IMG/VR virus record: IMGVR_UViG_3300023180_000017
DNA: 64,000 bases
DNA from: a virus
Reading direction: 5' to 3' (one strand)
Position numbers and translations under genes: made by a program. Under the pieces are notes generated by a model. The model worked only from the letters and a program-made list of their open reading frames with translations, had not been told where the DNA came from and did no database searches. Shown here piece after piece: positions 18,753 through 28,300 of this stretch (positions are counted from its first letter, which is position 1; each line of letters begins with the position of its first letter).

Positions 18753-19210
18753 TGGAAAGTATTTTAGAAGGCTTTGGTCCAGCAGTAAGTGAAATCAATG
18801 AAGAAGATTTCGTAGAAAAACTTGCGAAGATCTCCCCTTTTGATTTTGCCAATAGCATAAACTACACCAAAGAAAATTTGATTGTAGATGATTGGACAGA
18901 GAATCAATACAATCCTTTTATAGTTAATCGTGCTATGGGGTATGGTGCTGATACAGTTATTGCTGGCAATGAAATGAATTCTAGATCTCATTTAGATAAA
19001 AAGATGCAGTATGATTTTCTTTGTGCTGTTGTTCGCAAAAAGAAACGCTACAACAAATGGTTGAAAAGTGAAGAAGAAAATCTTGAAGCAGTACAAAAGT
19101 ATTTTGGTTACAGTTTCAATAAGGCAAAAGAAGCCTTAAGAATTTTAACTCCAGAGAACATTGAGGAGATCAAGGAATACCTAAAATCATCTAAAGGTGG
19201 AAAATTATAA
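18752..19210 (+). CDS. 62: Clamp loader small subunit gp62
   Basis: SPFDFANSIN, YNPFIVNR, QYDFL, KYFGYSFNKAKEAL; synteny. Confidence 0.88.
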   Translation: MESILEGFGPAVSEINEEDFVEKLAKISPFDFANSINYTKENLIVDDWTENQYNPFIVNRAMGYGADTVIAGNEMNSRSHLDKKMQYDFLCAVVRKKKRYNKWLKSEEENLEAVQKYFGYSFNKAKEALRILTPENIEEIKEYLKSSKGGKL

Positions 19211-19213
19211 ATA
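19206..19213 (+). promoter_or_regulatory. T4-type late promoter upstream of regA
   Basis: TATAAATA. Confidence 0.6.
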
Positions 19214-19261
19214 ACTAAGAATTCCATAGAGTAATTATGGATTAGTTATAAGGTAAATGAG

Positions 19262-19684
19262 ATGAACAACAAAGAAGATTTCTTTGATATTAATTTTCCA
19301 GGTTATTTTCCTTTAGAGATAGAACTCAACAGTCCTGATGACTTCTTAAAAGTCAGGGAAACATTGTCTAGAATAGGCATTGCTTCTAAAAAGGATAATG
19401 TTCTTTTTCAGTCTTGTCATATTTTACACAAGAAGGGAAGATACTTTATTACGCATTTTAAAGAACTGTTTGCTTTAGACGGCAAAGCGGCAGATTTTAC
19501 AGAGAACGATTTGCAAAGAAGGAACACAATAGGTAAACTTCTACAAGATTGGGGACTTGTAAAACTTTTAATTGAATTAGAGGAAGAAAATTTAGCCCCT
19601 CTAAGTCAGATTAAAATAATTGCTTTTAAAGAAAAAGATCAATGGGATTTAATTCCAAAGTACAACATAGGTAAAAAACGATAA
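19262..19684 (+). CDS. regA: Translational repressor RegA
   Basis: DDFLKVRETLSRIGIAS, QSCHILHKKGRYFITHFKELFALDG. Confidence 0.95.
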   Translation: MNNKEDFFDINFPGYFPLEIELNSPDDFLKVRETLSRIGIASKKDNVLFQSCHILHKKGRYFITHFKELFALDGKAADFTENDLQRRNTIGKLLQDWGLVKLLIELEEENLAPLSQIKIIAFKEKDQWDLIPKYNIGKKR

Positions 19685-19690
19685 CATAAT

Positions 19691-20275
19691 ATGATCCTAA
19701 ATTTGACGCCGCTTATATATTATGAGGACAATTTTCTAACGAGTTACGAATGCGAAACTATAATAGAAATGAGTCGAGATCATTTAGAACGTTCAAAAGT
19801 TTTTGACAAAGACAATCCAATAACAGATGCAAGGACTAGCTATCAACATTGGCTATCTCATACTGATTCCTTTGTCAAAACGTTTATGGAAAAGGTAGCA
19901 TCCAAAGTAGGAATACATCCTGCTCAGAGTGAGCCGCCTCAAGTTATTCGATATGATAAAACACAAGAATACAAACCACATCATGATACTTTTGATCTTG
20001 TAAAAAATCCAGAACTTATTAAGTCGGGAGGACAAAGAGTTCTAACTGCATTAATGTATTTGAATACTCCTACTTCTGGGGGAGGAACAATTTTTCCTAA
20101 ACTGTCTAGAAGAGTAGATGCAGTTCAGGGTCGCTTAATAATTTTTCATACATGTTATCCCGGAACAAACATTGAACACCCATTTGCTTTACATGGCGGA
20201 GAGCCTGTAGGACTAGGAGAAAAGTGGGCTGTTAATTTGTGGTTTAGGGAAGGTGAATTTAATCAAAACCCTTAA
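19691..20275 (+). CDS. 2OG-Fe(II) oxygenase, prolyl 4-hydroxylase-like
   Basis: RTS, QVIRY, HHD, GQRVLTALMYLN, GGGTIFP, LHGGEPV, GEKW. Confidence 0.85.
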   Translation: MILNLTPLIYYEDNFLTSYECETIIEMSRDHLERSKVFDKDNPITDARTSYQHWLSHTDSFVKTFMEKVASKVGIHPAQSEPPQVIRYDKTQEYKPHHDTFDLVKNPELIKSGGQRVLTALMYLNTPTSGGGTIFPKLSRRVDAVQGRLIIFHTCYPGTNIEHPFALHGGEPVGLGEKWAVNLWFREGEFNQNP

Positions 20276-20280
20276 ACTTT

Positions 20281-20288
20281 TATAAATA
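20281..20288 (+). promoter_or_regulatory. T4-type late promoter upstream of hsp20
   Basis: TATAAATA. Confidence 0.7.
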
Positions 20289-20293
20289 AAATT

Positions 20294-20341
20294 GAGACGC
20301 CGAAAGGGTCTCGTATAACTAACCTTGCTAAATATAGGAGG
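20294..20341 (+). promoter_or_regulatory. ROSE-like RNA thermometer in hsp20 5' UTR
   Basis: GNRA hairpin 20294-20312; CCUUGCUA-AAUA-UAGGAGG sequesters the SD with a bulged G. Confidence 0.6.
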
Positions 20342-20349
20342 AAACTAAA

Positions 20350-20790
20350 ATGGTAAGAAGATATACTACAGCCAACATGGCTGATTTTTTAAATGATGTA
20401 AAACCTTTCACTGTAGGTTTTGATAGAATGTTAGACAATCTTGTGAATGTTTCAGAGATTGCAAACAATTATCCACCCTACAATATTGTAAAGGTTGAAG
20501 ATGAAAAATTCATTATTGAAATTGCAGCAGCAGGTTTCACAAAAGATGAATTTAACATCAACCTAGTACCCGAAGGTAATAAACTCGTTGTTCAAGGTGT
20601 ACAAGACCGAGGCGAAGATAAAAGAGAATTTTATCACAAGGGTATTGGAGCTCGTAACTTCACAAGAACATTTGCATTAGCAGAACATGTTAAAGTAGAA
20701 GATGCAGAGTTTGTAGATGGAATGCTTTTAATCACTCTGATTAGAGAAGTTCCAGAAGAAAAGAAAGCAACAACAATCAAAGTTAAATAA
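20350..20790 (+). CDS. Small heat shock protein Hsp20 (IbpA-like)
   Basis: NYPPYNI, AAAGF, HKGIGARNFTRTF, DGMLLI. Confidence 0.92.
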   Translation: MVRRYTTANMADFLNDVKPFTVGFDRMLDNLVNVSEIANNYPPYNIVKVEDEKFIIEIAAAGFTKDEFNINLVPEGNKLVVQGVQDRGEDKREFYHKGIGARNFTRTFALAEHVKVEDAEFVDGMLLITLIREVPEEKKATTIKVK

Positions 20791-20800
20791 GGAATAAAGC

Positions 20801-21133
20801 ATGGCCAATGTCCAAATTATAAAATTATCATCTGGTGAGGACATCATTGGAGATATCGAAGAGATACAAGTTGAAGGCAGGGAATTTGTTCTAGCCAATA
20901 AACCTTGTTTAATAATGATGGTTCCTAAACAGGATAATCCCAATGAGTTTGGCATTGGCCTTGCTCCCTATGCTCCTTTTGCTAAAGAGCATAAAGTACC
21001 TATTATGCCAGCACACATCGTTTCAATTTATCAACCTGAGACATCTTTGCTAAATGAATACAATAGACGATTTGGTTCAGGACTTCTTGTTCCGGACAAT
21101 AATATTGTTACTAAGCAAACTTTAAAAGGTTGA
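20801..21133 (+). CDS. Conserved hypothetical T4-like protein (Sm-like fold likely)
   Basis: IIKLSSGEDIIG, LAPYAPF, YNRRFGSGL. Confidence 0.65.
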   Translation: MANVQIIKLSSGEDIIGDIEEIQVEGREFVLANKPCLIMMVPKQDNPNEFGIGLAPYAPFAKEHKVPIMPAHIVSIYQPETSLLNEYNRRFGSGLLVPDNNIVTKQTLKG

Positions 21134-21134
21134 T

Positions 21135-21545
21135 ATGTACGAGTATAAATGTAAAATCGTAAGGGTAGTAGATGGTGACACCGTGGATGTCGACATTGAT
21201 CTCGGTTTCGGAATATGGTATCGTAACCAACGAGTGCGATTATATGGAATTGACACTCCTGAAAGCCGGACAAGAGATAAGGTTGAAAAGCAATACGGAC
21301 TTATGGCGAAGGCATTTCTTAAAACGGCCCTTGGGAAAGAATCAACTTTACGGACTCACAAAGACGCCACAGGGAAATTTGGTCGTATCCTTGGAGAGTT
21401 TATCGTGTACGATGCCAAGGAAGATAGAGACCAAAGCGTAAAAGATATAATGATTCGAGAACACTTGGGTGTTGCTTATTTTGGTCAATCCAAAGAGGAT
21501 ATAGAAGAAGCCCACTTACTCAATAGAAAGAAAGTGGTCATCTAA
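21135..21545 (+). CDS. Thermonuclease (SNase-like)
   Basis: RVVDGDTV, RVRLYGIDTPESR, GKFGRILG. Confidence 0.85.
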   Translation: MYEYKCKIVRVVDGDTVDVDIDLGFGIWYRNQRVRLYGIDTPESRTRDKVEKQYGLMAKAFLKTALGKESTLRTHKDATGKFGRILGEFIVYDAKEDRDQSVKDIMIREHLGVAYFGQSKEDIEEAHLLNRKKVVI

Positions 21546-21548
21546 TAC

Positions 21549-21577
21549 TTGACATTATCCTCCAACGATACTATAAT
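21549..21577 (+). promoter_or_regulatory. sigma70-type promoter (YGGTM class) for DNA polymerase
   Basis: TTGACA-17-TATAAT; TGGTCA at 21535. Confidence 0.8.
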
Positions 21578-21603
21578 TATGACTTATTTGTGTTGGAGTT
21601 ATT

Positions 21604-24105
21604 ATGAATTTTTATACGTTTGCCAAGCACTATGGCAACAAGATACTAGTTCGAGGTGTTCGAGATGGTAAACGTTTTACTTCTCGACACGACTTTAAGC
21701 CCACCCTTTATGTAAAAACAGATAAGCACTCTAAATACAAGAGCATGTTCGGTGAAACACTTGCTCCTGTAAAGTTCGAGACAAACAAAGAAGCATCAGA
21801 GTTTGTAGATAGATACAAGGAAGTTTCTAACTTTCCTATCTTCGGACAAACACAATGGGGTTACCAATATATCACAGAAAAATATCCCGGCGAGATTGCC
21901 TGGGATCCTAAACACATCGACATCTATTCTATTGATATAGAAACAACAGCAGAGAATGGGTTCCCAGATGTAAACAATCCTATTGAGAAAGTTCTTCTCA
22001 TAACCTTACAAAACAACAACACAAAAAAGATAACAACATTTGGACTAGGTAACTTTACTCCGGGCGAGGCTACTAAGGACTACAACATAGACTATCGCCC
22101 CTGTTCTGACGAACGAATTCTATTACAAAACTTCTTAGATTGGTGGAATGCTAATACACCTGACGTTATAACAGGTTGGAATACAGAACTGTTTGACTTG
22201 CCTTATCTTATTGCTAGGGTAGAACGTATCTTAGGTGACGAGGATAAAAAACGTTTCAGTCCCTTTGGCTTAGTTGCTAGAAAAAATCTAACGATAGGTG
22301 GTAGGGAGCAAGTTAAGTATGAGATGACAGGCGTTGCTCAGTTAGATTACCTAGACTTGTATAAGAAGTTTACATACATTACCCGAGAATCCTACAAACT
22401 AGATTACATTGCAGATGTAGAACTAGGACAAAAGAAACTTGAAAGTGGGTTTGATACTTTCAGAGAGTTTTATGAGAATGACTGGAACAGGTTTGTAGAG
22501 TATAACATCATTGATACTGTCCTTGTAGATAAACTTGAGGACAAGATGAAGTTAATTGAACTTTGTCTAACAATGGCATACGACGGCAAGTGCAATTATG
22601 CAGATGTATTTTCATCTGTTAGGACTTGGGACTGTTTGTTGTACAATCATTTGATCGATCAAGATGTTGTGATACACTTGAAGCCCGATCGTCCCTCAAG
22701 AAATATTGCAGGTGCTTATGTACAAGAGCCTGTACCCGGTGAATATGAATGGGTTGCTTCTTTCGATGCGACTTCACTGTATCCCTCAATCATTATGCAG
22801 TATAACATGTCTCCAGAAACACTGGTTCCTGGTTATACATTTGATGTGCAAATTAAAGACTTACTTACAAAAGGTTATGACTTATCCCAACTTCGGGATA
22901 AGAACTACGCAATGGCAGCTAATGGTTATTGTTTTACTCGGGAAAAGCAAGGATATTTCCCAGAGATTGTACAAAAGTTTTTTGATGATCGTCAGAAATA
23001 TAAGAAGTTGATGTTGGAATCCAAGCGTAAGTATGAGGAAACAAAAGCAGACGTATACAAAAACGAGATTGCTAAGTACAACAATTTTCAGATGGCTCGT
23101 AAGATTCAACTTAACTCTCTTTATGGTGCGATGGCTAATGAATACTTTAGATACTATGATGATAGGATTGCAGAAGGTATTACATTGTCCGGACAATATA
23201 TTATTCAGGACACAGCACAAGCACTAAACCTTTTTCTCAACAGGGTTTGTGGGACTAATAATGAGGTAGTATATAGCTTTTACTCCGACACAGACTCATG
23301 CTACATTACTCTCAAGAACCTTGTTGAGACTTTTTACAAAGACAAGCCTAAGGATAAGATTGTTGACATCCTAGATCAAATAGGTACAGAGCAGATTGAG
23401 CCCTGTATTGATAAGGCAATGAGTAAACTTGCTAAATACACAAACGCCTTTGAACAAAAAATATTCTTTAAACGTGAGGCAATCGCAGATAAGGCCATTT
23501 GGATAGCAAAGAAACGTTATGCTATGAACGTGTGGGATAATGAAGGTGTTCGTTATTCTACTCCAGACTTAAAAGTTATGGGTTTGGAAATTGTTCGTTC
23601 TTCTACACCTGCTCCTGTTCGAGATAGTTTACGAGAAGCCGTTAGACTCTGCTTAACCTCAGATCAGGACACACTACATAAGTTTATTGAAAGCACAAAG
23701 TCTAAGTTTAAAAGTATGAGCCCTGAGGAAATAGCTTTTCCACGTGGGTGTAATAACATGGCAAAGTATAGAAGTTCCTCACACATCTATAACAAAGGAA
23801 CTCCTATGCACGTTAGGGGTAGTTTGCTCTACAACTTTTATCTAGAAAAAAATAATCTTTCTCATAAGTATGAACAAATTCAGGAAGGCGATAAGATTAA
23901 ATTTTTATATTTGTATGAGCCTAACCTTATAAAAGAAAATACGGTTGCATTTGTTACAAAGCTCCCCGAGGAGTTTGACTTGCACAAGTACGTTGACTAT
24001 GATACAATGTTCCAAAAGGCATTTTTAGAACCTATGGATACTATTGTTAAAAGCATGGGTTGGACAACTGAACCTGTTGCTACATTGGAGGATTTATTTT
24101 CATGA
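21604..24105 (+). CDS. 43: Family B DNA polymerase gp43
   Basis: DIET, SFDATSLYPS, KIQLNSLYG, YSDTDS, KKRY; C-terminal clamp-binding LEDLF. Confidence 0.97.
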   Translation: MNFYTFAKHYGNKILVRGVRDGKRFTSRHDFKPTLYVKTDKHSKYKSMFGETLAPVKFETNKEASEFVDRYKEVSNFPIFGQTQWGYQYITEKYPGEIAWDPKHIDIYSIDIETTAENGFPDVNNPIEKVLLITLQNNNTKKITTFGLGNFTPGEATKDYNIDYRPCSDERILLQNFLDWWNANTPDVITGWNTELFDLPYLIARVERILGDEDKKRFSPFGLVARKNLTIGGREQVKYEMTGVAQLDYLDLYKKFTYITRESYKLDYIADVELGQKKLESGFDTFREFYENDWNRFVEYNIIDTVLVDKLEDKMKLIELCLTMAYDGKCNYADVFSSVRTWDCLLYNHLIDQDVVIHLKPDRPSRNIAGAYVQEPVPGEYEWVASFDATSLYPSIIMQYNMSPETLVPGYTFDVQIKDLLTKGYDLSQLRDKNYAMAANGYCFTREKQGYFPEIVQKFFDDRQKYKKLMLESKRKYEETKADVYKNEIAKYNNFQMARKIQLNSLYGAMANEYFRYYDDRIAEGITLSGQYIIQDTAQALNLFLNRVCGTNNEVVYSFYSDTDSCYITLKNLVETFYKDKPKDKIVDILDQIGTEQIEPCIDKAMSKLAKYTNAFEQKIFFKREAIADKAIWIAKKRYAMNVWDNEGVRYSTPDLKVMGLEIVRSSTPAPVRDSLREAVRLCLTSDQDTLHKFIESTKSKFKSMSPEEIAFPRGCNNMAKYRSSSHIYNKGTPMHVRGSLLYNFYLEKNNLSHKYEQIQEGDKIKFLYLYEPNLIKENTVAFVTKLPEEFDLHKYVDYDTMFQKAFLEPMDTIVKSMGWTTEPVATLEDLFS

Positions 24106-24872
24106 TAAAAACATTAATTGTGGGTTATGGCTTTGTTGGAAAAGCAACAGAGTACATGTTAGAGTTTACAGATGCTCAGGTATCTAAACATGATCCTTTG
24201 TTGGGTTATGAGGAAGGTAAAGAAAAGAAATACGATTTTGTTTTTCTTTGTGTACCTACTCCAGATAATGGTAAGCATTTAGACACTACTCTTTTAGAAA
24301 AAGTGTATGAGGAATGGAAAGGTAAAGGACAAATTATTATTAGAAGTACAATAGGTCCCGATCAAGTTAGTTTATTCCCAGATGCGGATTTTATGCCAGA
24401 GTTTCTCAGGGAGAAACATTGGAGAGAAGATGTAGTTAGCAAAGAACTTCCCATAGTTACTTCTAATAAAGTTTTGGGTGAATACCTACAAGACTTTTTT
24501 ATGTTGAAGGACATACATATTGTTAGTGGTAAAGAAGCTATGATGTTTAAGTTGGCTAGGAACACAGCCCTAGCTATGCGAGTAGCATTAGCAAATGACT
24601 TTTATGACATTTGTGAAGAACAAGGTATGGACTATGAGAGTATAGAAAAGATGTTATCCCGAGATGTATCAATTGGAGGATCACATTGGAAATGCCCAGG
24701 GCCCGACGGTGGTTTAGGTTTTGGGGGAAAATGTTTACCAAAAGACTTGACACATATGGCTAACCTATGTAATAATACAACATATCACAATCATATGTTA
24801 GAGGCTTTAAAACAAAATACAATTAGACGTGTCAGGCAATTAGATAAACTCTTGTCTGGTATGGAATGGTAA
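24102..24872 (+). CDS. UDP-glucose/GDP-mannose dehydrogenase family protein
   Basis: GYGFVG, CVPTP, RSTI, PEFLRE, GFGGKCLPKD. Confidence 0.85.
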   Translation: MIKTLIVGYGFVGKATEYMLEFTDAQVSKHDPLLGYEEGKEKKYDFVFLCVPTPDNGKHLDTTLLEKVYEEWKGKGQIIIRSTIGPDQVSLFPDADFMPEFLREKHWREDVVSKELPIVTSNKVLGEYLQDFFMLKDIHIVSGKEAMMFKLARNTALAMRVALANDFYDICEEQGMDYESIEKMLSRDVSIGGSHWKCPGPDGGLGFGGKCLPKDLTHMANLCNNTTYHNHMLEALKQNTIRRVRQLDKLLSGMEW

Positions 24873-24881
24873 GGAGATATT

Positions 24882-25955
24882 ATGAGTTTACTTGATAAAT
24901 TAAAAAAGAACAGCACGATTAAAGAATCAGAAATATTATCTAATTCTAAATTTTTTAATACAAAGGATTTAATACAAACGTCTGTTCCAGCACTTAACGT
25001 TGCGTTGAGTGGAAAACTAAATGGAGGACTTACACCTGGCTTGACAGTTTTTGCAGGTCCTTCTAAACACTTTAAGACAGCATTTAGTTTGTTGTTGGCT
25101 AAATCCTATCTAGATAAGTATGAGGATGCCATTGTTCTGTTTTACGATTCAGAGTTTGGTTCACCTCAGTCATACTTTCACACCTTTGGTATTGATACTG
25201 ATCGTGTTGTTCATACACCTATTACAGATATTGAACAGCTTAAACACGATATCATGTCTCAGTTAAATGGATTAGAACGAGGTGATCATGTTATCATTCT
25301 TGTTGACTCCGTAGGAAACTTAGCTAGTAAAAAAGAAGTAGAAGATGCCTTAGATGGTAAGAGTGTAGCTGATATGACAAGGGCTAAACAAATGAAGTCG
25401 TTGTTTAGAATGATTACACCTCACCTAACACTAAAGGATATTCCTGCAGTGGTTGTTAATCACACATACAAAGAGATTGGATTGTTTCCTAAAGACATTG
25501 TTTCTGGTGGAACAGGCATTTATTATTCTGCAGACAATATCTACATCATTGGTAGACAGCAGGAAAAACAAGGTGCTGATCTAGTAGGCTATAATTTTAT
25601 TATTAATGTTGAAAAGTCTCGCTTTGTTAGAGAGAAGTCTAAAATTCCAATTGAAGTAACTTTTGAAGGTGGTATTAGCAAATGGTCCGGACTTTTGGAT
25701 ATGGCAATGTCTTCTGGACATGTTATTAAACCTAGTAATGGTTGGTATCAAAGAGTAGACATGGAAACAGGTGAAGCAATTGATCCTAAAGTTCGTGCCA
25801 AGGATACATACACTAAAGAGTTTTGGTTGCCTGTATTAAAAGACGAAACATTTGTAAAATGGATTGAGAATAGATATCTTATATCCTCAAGCGACGGCAT
25901 TATTAAAGATGAAGTTTCTGAAGAAGACATTGAAAAAGCCTACGAAGAAGCCTGA
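24882..25955 (+). CDS. uvsX: RecA-like recombinase UvsX
   Basis: AGPSKHFKT, YDSEFG, DSVGNLAS. Confidence 0.95.
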   Translation: MSLLDKLKKNSTIKESEILSNSKFFNTKDLIQTSVPALNVALSGKLNGGLTPGLTVFAGPSKHFKTAFSLLLAKSYLDKYEDAIVLFYDSEFGSPQSYFHTFGIDTDRVVHTPITDIEQLKHDIMSQLNGLERGDHVIILVDSVGNLASKKEVEDALDGKSVADMTRAKQMKSLFRMITPHLTLKDIPAVVVNHTYKEIGLFPKDIVSGGTGIYYSADNIYIIGRQQEKQGADLVGYNFIINVEKSRFVREKSKIPIEVTFEGGISKWSGLLDMAMSSGHVIKPSNGWYQRVDMETGEAIDPKVRAKDTYTKEFWLPVLKDETFVKWIENRYLISSSDGIIKDEVSEEDIEKAYEEA

Positions 25956-26097
25956 GGGATCTTGTGATAGATGTCAAATAACTATCTGGGAAGGCGATAG
26001 GGCTCTTTGCTTTCATGGAGAAGGCGGAGAGCTTTATATATGTGAGAATTGTGTAGAAGAAGTAAGACGAGAATATGTGGACGAAAACATACTTTGA
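25909..26097 (+). CDS. Small zinc-finger protein
   Basis: CDRC...CENC; start uncertain. Confidence 0.55.
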   Translation: MKFLKKTLKKPTKKPEGSCDRCQITIWEGDRALCFHGEGGELYICENCVEEVRREYVDENIL

Positions 26098-26947
26098 AGT
26101 TTGGCCTGTATTAGACTGTAATCTTAAATGTGCTCGCTGTAGCATGGCAAGTCCCTACTTTAAAAAGAATACGTTTTTAAATTTTAAGGACTATAAAAAA
26201 GATATTGATGTACTAAAACAATGGTTCCACATTGATCTTATACGAATAGGTGGAGGAGAGCCAACACTACATCCTAGAATTGTAGACTTTTTAAAGTACC
26301 CTAAGGAGCAGGGCTTTTGTTATAAGACTAATATAATTAGTAACGGCATAAACCTTGTAAAGATGACAGATGAGTTCTGGGAAGCACTTGATATTTTAAA
26401 CATTAGTGTTTATAAAAATGTAAACATTAACTATGATAAAATTTACAGGCTAATAGAAAATAAACTAGCTCAGTATCCTCATTTGATGTGCCATGAAATT
26501 ACCAATCCTAATGTTGTAGACAATCTCAAGGCTGTTCAAAAAGACATACATAGTAAAAATTCAACTGTGAATATTCTATCTGGAAACTTTAAAGAGCTGT
26601 ATAGAAACACTCCTCAAAGAAATGATATGCTAACTGAAATAGCATTCAGAAGATGTTGGATGAAGGATAGTACCTGGGGATTTCACCAAGGAAATTTTTA
26701 TAGATGTCCGTTATCTTTTGTAAAAGAAAAACTTTACATACAGGAAGGCTTAGACAATCCATATGACTATGGCTTAGATAGAGTTAACCTACACGAAAAA
26801 GACAGCAAAGAAAAATTAGAAAAGTTTTTATATGGTCCTATAAGTCATTTACAAGCATGTAAAACATGCTATGCCTTTAATGACGGTGAGGATTATCCTC
26901 ATGAACAATTAAATAGAATAGACGTGAGAGATATATTACATGTATAA
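26075..26947 (+). CDS. Radical SAM protein
   Basis: CNLKCARC, GGGEPTLH, ISNG, C-terminal Cys cluster. Confidence 0.85.
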   Translation: MWTKTYFEVWPVLDCNLKCARCSMASPYFKKNTFLNFKDYKKDIDVLKQWFHIDLIRIGGGEPTLHPRIVDFLKYPKEQGFCYKTNIISNGINLVKMTDEFWEALDILNISVYKNVNINYDKIYRLIENKLAQYPHLMCHEITNPNVVDNLKAVQKDIHSKNSTVNILSGNFKELYRNTPQRNDMLTEIAFRRCWMKDSTWGFHQGNFYRCPLSFVKEKLYIQEGLDNPYDYGLDRVNLHEKDSKEKLEKFLYGPISHLQACKTCYAFNDGEDYPHEQLNRIDVRDILHV

Positions 26948-27578
26948 AATTGTAATGACAGGTGGTAATAAGGGTTTCGGTGTTAAACTTTTTGAGCAAC
27001 TAAAACAAGCAGGACACGAAGTAGAAAGATATAGCAGGTCAAACGGTTATGATATTTCAAAACCAGAGGATCGTCTTTTTATTACCGATGCTACAAATTC
27101 ATGTGATGTTTTTATAAACTTGGCATACAATCATTCTTCCTTAGATAACTCACAGGAACTAATGATTAAAGAAGTTTATGAGAGGCATTATCCTACACAT
27201 AATTTATCCAATGCAGTTCCTCAGCGTGATAATGTTAAACCTTTATTGATAACTATAGGAAGCCATGTTGTTTGGTGGGAGGAGTATGGTGAAGAAGCAA
27301 AAATGTATCGCCCACCTGATGCAGACTTCTATAGTGAAATTTTAAATTTTGATGTCATGGCAGAATATATAAAATCCAAAAAATCTCATTATGAGTACGT
27401 TAAGGATAAAAGGATTTCAAACGTAAGGCTTGGTGCTATTCATTCTGGTGTATCAGCTACAAATCCGGTCACCAAGGATATAGCAATGCCATACGATTCA
27501 ATGTATAATGTAATTAATTTCATAATGGAAATGTATTTTGATAAAACGATTTTCGTATATGATATTGAGGTAAACTAA
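26940..27578 (+). CDS. Short-chain dehydrogenase/Rossmann-fold protein
   Basis: TGGNKGFG, DVFINLA, YIKSK (YxxxK). Confidence 0.7.
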   Translation: MYKIVMTGGNKGFGVKLFEQLKQAGHEVERYSRSNGYDISKPEDRLFITDATNSCDVFINLAYNHSSLDNSQELMIKEVYERHYPTHNLSNAVPQRDNVKPLLITIGSHVVWWEEYGEEAKMYRPPDADFYSEILNFDVMAEYIKSKKSHYEYVKDKRISNVRLGAIHSGVSATNPVTKDIAMPYDSMYNVINFIMEMYFDKTIFVYDIEVN

Positions 27579-28019
27579 TTGAATAAAATTTTAATCATGG
27601 GACTTCCTGGTAGTGGCAAAACTACATTAGCAAAAGAACTAGCATATCATTTTCTTGTTCCATATTACAATGCAGATACACTAAGAGAGAAGCACGATGA
27701 TTGGGATTTTACGGAAGAGGGGAGACTAAGGCAGGCTTATCGTATGTCTTTTTACGACTTTGGTATATTTGATTTTGTTTGTCCACTCAAAAAAATGAGA
27801 GATATTGTAGATGCAGACTATATAATATGGATGGACACAATTAAAGCAGGAAGATTTGCAGACACTAATAAGATTTTTGAGTCTCCACAAAAATACAATT
27901 TAAGGATTAAAACATGGATTGGACAAAACCAACTACTCAACTCCTTGGAAGGTTTCAGCCCTGGCACAAAGGGCATACAGAGCTATTTAAAAGAGCAATT
28001 TCCAAGACTGGTCAAGTAG
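27579..28019 (+). CDS. P-loop kinase, adenylylsulfate-kinase-like
   Basis: GLPGSGKTTLA, NADTLR, DFTEEGRLRQA, DFVCP. Confidence 0.75.
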   Translation: MNKILIMGLPGSGKTTLAKELAYHFLVPYYNADTLREKHDDWDFTEEGRLRQAYRMSFYDFGIFDFVCPLKKMRDIVDADYIIWMDTIKAGRFADTNKIFESPQKYNLRIKTWIGQNQLLNSLEGFSPGTKGIQSYLKEQFPRLVK

Positions 28020-28294
28020 TAATTTTACTTAGGGCTTCTGATGGAACAGAAGGTAATCCCTATGACTTTAACGAACGCTCAGTACAGATTACAACAGCTT
28101 TGGCAAAAGAAGGCTTTTATTCTTCAGAACATTATGTTATAATGAATGTTCCTAACATAACACATATTACCTATGGTAGGGACGTTGGTTATAAAATTGA
28201 ACAGGAAAAATTAGAAGACAAGATAGAGGAAATCTCTGCTACTAATATCCGTAAAGGACTGCAACAAATTGCAGACACCCACCCTATGGAGTAA
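27914..28294 (+). CDS. HxGH nucleotidyltransferase (cytidyltransferase/NMNAT-like)
   Basis: GRFQPWHKGH, ISATNIR; own RBS AAGGA. Confidence 0.8.
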   Translation: MDWTKPTTQLLGRFQPWHKGHTELFKRAISKTGQVVILLRASDGTEGNPYDFNERSVQITTALAKEGFYSSEHYVIMNVPNITHITYGRDVGYKIEQEKLEDKIEEISATNIRKGLQQIADTHPME

Positions 28295-28300
28295 AATTAA

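Noticed and set aside
26075-26947. Radical SAM proteins (also 57905-58846) as the missing QueE
   Set aside because: They lack the QueE-type N-terminal QGEG and CDT motifs, are far from the cluster, and carry extra C-terminal Cys clusters
27900-27920. Programmed -1 frameshift fusing the kinase and nucleotidyltransferase
   Set aside because: The second frame has TAA at 27908, there is no canonical slippery heptamer, and the downstream gene has its own RBS
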